Positions 63,325-64,000 of a stretch of DNA of 64,000 nucleotides are shown one piece after another. The notes under the pieces were generated by a model. That model was not told where the DNA came from. It made no database searches and saw only the letters and a list, made by a program, of their open reading frames with translations. The stretch lies in NCBI GenBank assembly GCA_002269645.1, contig NIVC01001096.1, positions 124,001 through 188,000 of the forward strand, written 5' to 3'. The position numbers were made by a program, and so were the translations under genes. How positions within the stretch are numbered: the first letter of the stretch is position 1; every line of letters begins with the position of its first letter. The DNA is from Macrostomum lignano (lineage: Eukaryota).

Positions 63325-63405
63325 TAGGCCCAAATCCCGGGATCACCCTTGTCCGGGATTCGAAAATCCCGGGATTGACAATCGGGATCTCGATCCCGGT
63401 TTGCA
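63325..63405. mobile_element. Cluster of ATCCCGGGAT-type palindromes; possible MITE terminus remnant
   Basis: Several (A)TCCCGGGAT/CGGGAT motifs within 80 bp; no TIR pair or TSD identified. Confidence 0.3.
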
Positions 63406-64000
63406 ATAATTCAATCATTCATTCTCGAGTAGTACTTGTAGTATCTGCAGCTGAGCTACTTGTCAGGTGAAAATCGTAACCCAGTTGTCCTGCTTCGATT
63501 TATTAATCTTTTAAGCATGCAGGCTAGTGAGACTGAGAAGGCTGGGGCTGCAGGGATACAAAACTGAAGCTGTTGGCAGATCGTAAGGAGATTTCAGGTG
63601 TAATAATGTACGTGCAACTGTATGCATACGATACTCGCAGACTAATGTAATTATTATTCTAAAATCTGTACACAGAGCCTAAAGCAATAGAAGCCAATCT
63701 CTCATTGTTTCCGATCACAGAGCTATACATGTAGCTCGCCAGACGGGAGTCAAATAATTGTGAATTTGAACTCTCCCTCTATCTCAAACCCAGCTAAAAT
63801 CAAGGGGTCTCGACCTTGCGCAGATCAGAAGCCCCCTATGCGAAAGACATCATTCTCAGCACTGTCAGTCCATACCTTCAAAACTCCTTGGCCGTAGTAG
63901 GGATTAGAACAGTGGGACCTGGCTATCGGACCACAACCCAAGCTACCAGTTCTCCATCTGGGGCGGGTGCTATCGGAACACAACCCAAGCTACCAGTTCT

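Overview
Eukaryotic (animal, probably invertebrate) genomic DNA with GC-rich exons, AT-rich spacers and GT-AG introns. A Macrostomum-type flatworm is only a compositional guess. From left to right: (1) a tandem array of at least three highly divergent plastin/fimbrin-like genes (+) with four CH domains and no EF-hands; (2) an intact, very young Ty3/Gypsy LTR retrotransposon (-, 13115-17722) flanked by a ~590-bp duplication of the last plastin exon and UTR; (3) a 12-exon SLC37A1/2-like transporter (+); (4) TFB1M (-); (5) an 8-exon GOLGA3/golgin-160-like coiled-coil gene (-); (6) a hAT-type non-autonomous element with a second TIR element nested in it; (7) a tensin-like SH2-PTB gene (+). Exon chains were assembled by hand from splice sites and checked for phase. 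Most larger introns are filled almost edge to edge by their own minisatellite (about 20 different units), and one 28-bp family recurs in three unrelated genes. Most long ORFs in the supplied track are repeat artefacts. No rRNA, true tRNA or CRISPR array was found. Family assignments rest on remembered motifs, not on database searches.
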